Assembly (NCBI GenBank): GCA_963703955.1
Contig: CAVPGK010000011.1
Coordinates: 224,001 to 288,000 of the forward strand
DNA: 64,000 nt
DNA from: Nitrospirota bacterium
Lineage (GTDB): Bacteria; Nitrospirota; Nitrospiria; Nitrospirales; Nitrospiraceae
Direction: 5' to 3'
The notes under the pieces were generated by a model. It searched no databases. It was given only the letters and a program-made list of their open reading frames with translations, and was not told where the DNA came from. Each line of letters starts with the position of its first letter. Position 1 is the stretch's first letter. Made by a program: the position numbers and the translations under genes. Below are positions 62,488 through 64,000 of the stretch, piece after piece.

Positions 62488-63840
62488 TCAGGAAGCTGTT
62501 TGTTTCCTGGTTGAAGGACGAGTGTCGTACCCTGGGCCACAGGTCAACTCAATGCGACCAACGCCCTTCACGTTTGCACACAGGTCGCCCAATCCTGGGG
62601 TAATGAGTCGATACGGACCGCCCTGCTGTGGAGGAAGAGGCCCATCCTTCATTTGGTAGACTACAATGCCATAGTCAAGGGCCTGTTGCAGCGTGAGGCT
62701 CGCCGCAAACCGACCGTCGTGCGAATGGAACGTAACATGGTCGGCGCCGATGACGAGCGTAGGAATTTCAAGCAATCCCTTAACGCGAATGCCCTGCCCC
62801 TGCATGCCGGGAAGCAGGGCGCTGACACTCTGCACCTGATGCTCGGCCGGGAGCTTGGCCAGCCCCGCACGGTCCAGTGTGATCGGCCGCAGGACGGCTC
62901 CGTCGATTCTCAAGACCTCCGGGCCATGCCTTTCTCGCCCCGTAATGACCTTGATCATGGCCACCAGGGCCTCATTGACTGGTGTCAGGATGCCGAGTTC
63001 TCGCCCACGCTTCACCACATATCCATTCAACGAATCGATCTCAGTCGGGCGCCCGGCCTTCCAGTCATCATACATAGAGGTATGGATATCCCGAATCTCC
63101 TGAGACCACCGCAGCACCTTGTCGGCCATATCCGCGCCTAGGGGCACGTGGAGCCCCGACGCGACGGACGCGACCTCGCCGACGATCTCATGGATGGTGC
63201 GCAACATTTCGGGATGATCGAGCGCCTTGGAAATACGATCGTCGATGATCACTGTCAGTGGATTGAAGACGCAGTTCCAGCACATCTTTTCCCACTTGCT
63301 ACGGCGGATATCGTCTGAGATCTGGCATGGCAGCCCAGCTTGAGCGAACAGGTTGGCGATTTCTAGGACGCGATGGCTCTTCTCCCCGCTCAGTTCCCCA
63401 ATGGCCGCGGCGCCGCGCTTGTAGTGCTCAATCACGCCGGGCTCGACGATTTTTGAATAGATAAAGGCCACGCCGCCCACCACGCAATTCCGTTTCAGCC
63501 TCGCGAGAATCCGATCCTCCAGATCGACACCGTTTTGGAGTGTCAAGATCACCGTCTGATCGGAGATCACCGGTTCGATCTGATCCATGACTTCATCCAG
63601 GTCGTAGGCCTTCATCGACAGGATGATGAGATTGGGACCGGGCAGATCGCGCGGATCGCCGGCCGCAAGCGGCCTGACCGTGAACGCGCCTTTTGCGCTG
63701 CGGACCGTCAGACCGCGGTCGCGAACAGCTTGGAGCGTCCTCGGCCTCAGCAAGAAGGAAACCCCGGGATGATGTTGAGCGAGATGGGCTCCGAAGAACC
63801 CACCGACAGCGCCCGCACCCACGATCATGATGCTTGTCAT
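62488..63840 (-). CDS. panE: 2-dehydropantoate 2-reductase fused to a C-terminal molybdopterin-oxidoreductase-like domain
   Basis: GAGAVGG, TLQNG, KWEKMCWN..NPL, SMYDD..GRPTEID.LNG; C-terminal LRIDGAV...GPLPPQQGGPYRLI..NVKGV. Confidence 0.88.
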   Translation of the reverse strand: MTSIMIVGAGAVGGFFGAHLAQHHPGVSFLLRPRTLQAVRDRGLTVRSAKGAFTVRPLAAGDPRDLPGPNLIILSMKAYDLDEVMDQIEPVISDQTVILTLQNGVDLEDRILARLKRNCVVGGVAFIYSKIVEPGVIEHYKRGAAAIGELSGEKSHRVLEIANLFAQAGLPCQISDDIRRSKWEKMCWNCVFNPLTVIIDDRISKALDHPEMLRTIHEIVGEVASVASGLHVPLGADMADKVLRWSQEIRDIHTSMYDDWKAGRPTEIDSLNGYVVKRGRELGILTPVNEALVAMIKVITGRERHGPEVLRIDGAVLRPITLDRAGLAKLPAEHQVQSVSALLPGMQGQGIRVKGLLEIPTLVIGADHVTFHSHDGRFAASLTLQQALDYGIVVYQMKDGPLPPQQGGPYRLITPGLGDLCANVKGVGRIELTCGPGYDTRPSTRKQTAS

Positions 63841-64000
63841 TGACCTCTCCGGGAATTCAGCGCGGGGCCGTACTATAGCACGCGTGAACTGCGGCCAAAA
63901 GTCCTGTAGAATCACCGAACGCCAGCGCCATGGCCGACCCCAACCTTCAACAGATCAGAGCACGACTGCGACGCGCCCGAGCGATCGCAGCCCTGACGGG

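Overview
GC-rich bacterial chromosome segment. Gene content and style suggest a Nitrospira-like (Nitrospirota) host, which is an inference. (i) 1-6.9 kb: 3' end of an alternative (N-type-like) ATP synthase gamma gene, a cytochrome c, a glutaredoxin/DsbD-like membrane protein, a PilB/GspE ATPase and two divergent PilZ proteins. (ii) 7-32 kb: a ~25 kb co-directional minus-strand block centred on sulfur/redox functions. It holds sulfide:quinone oxidoreductase, a Tat-exported sulfite-oxidase-family Mo enzyme, many c-type cytochromes, an outer-membrane barrel, secreted DUF1264, OsmC, two DUF2892 proteins, RND and ABC exporters, a VIT1 protein and glucan phosphorylase, interspersed with several decayed paralog relics. 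(iii) 32-48.5 kb: a FecR-domain/TPR-barrel pair, a SagB-like nitroreductase, a lipoprotein truncated hemoglobin divergent from an ECF sigma/anti-sigma pair with matching promoters, and tadA. (iv) 48.6-53.5 kb: an integrase-less ~4.5 kb island that splits tRNA-Ser(CGA) and supplies a replacement 5' half, followed by a small structured element bounded by inverted copies of the tRNA 3' end. (v) 53.7-64 kb: small genes including a cryptic PEP-CTERM-like gene, DUF2779, two histidine kinases and a PanE-Moco-domain fusion. Several genes carry single-base homopolymer frameshifts that are probably sequencing or assembly errors.
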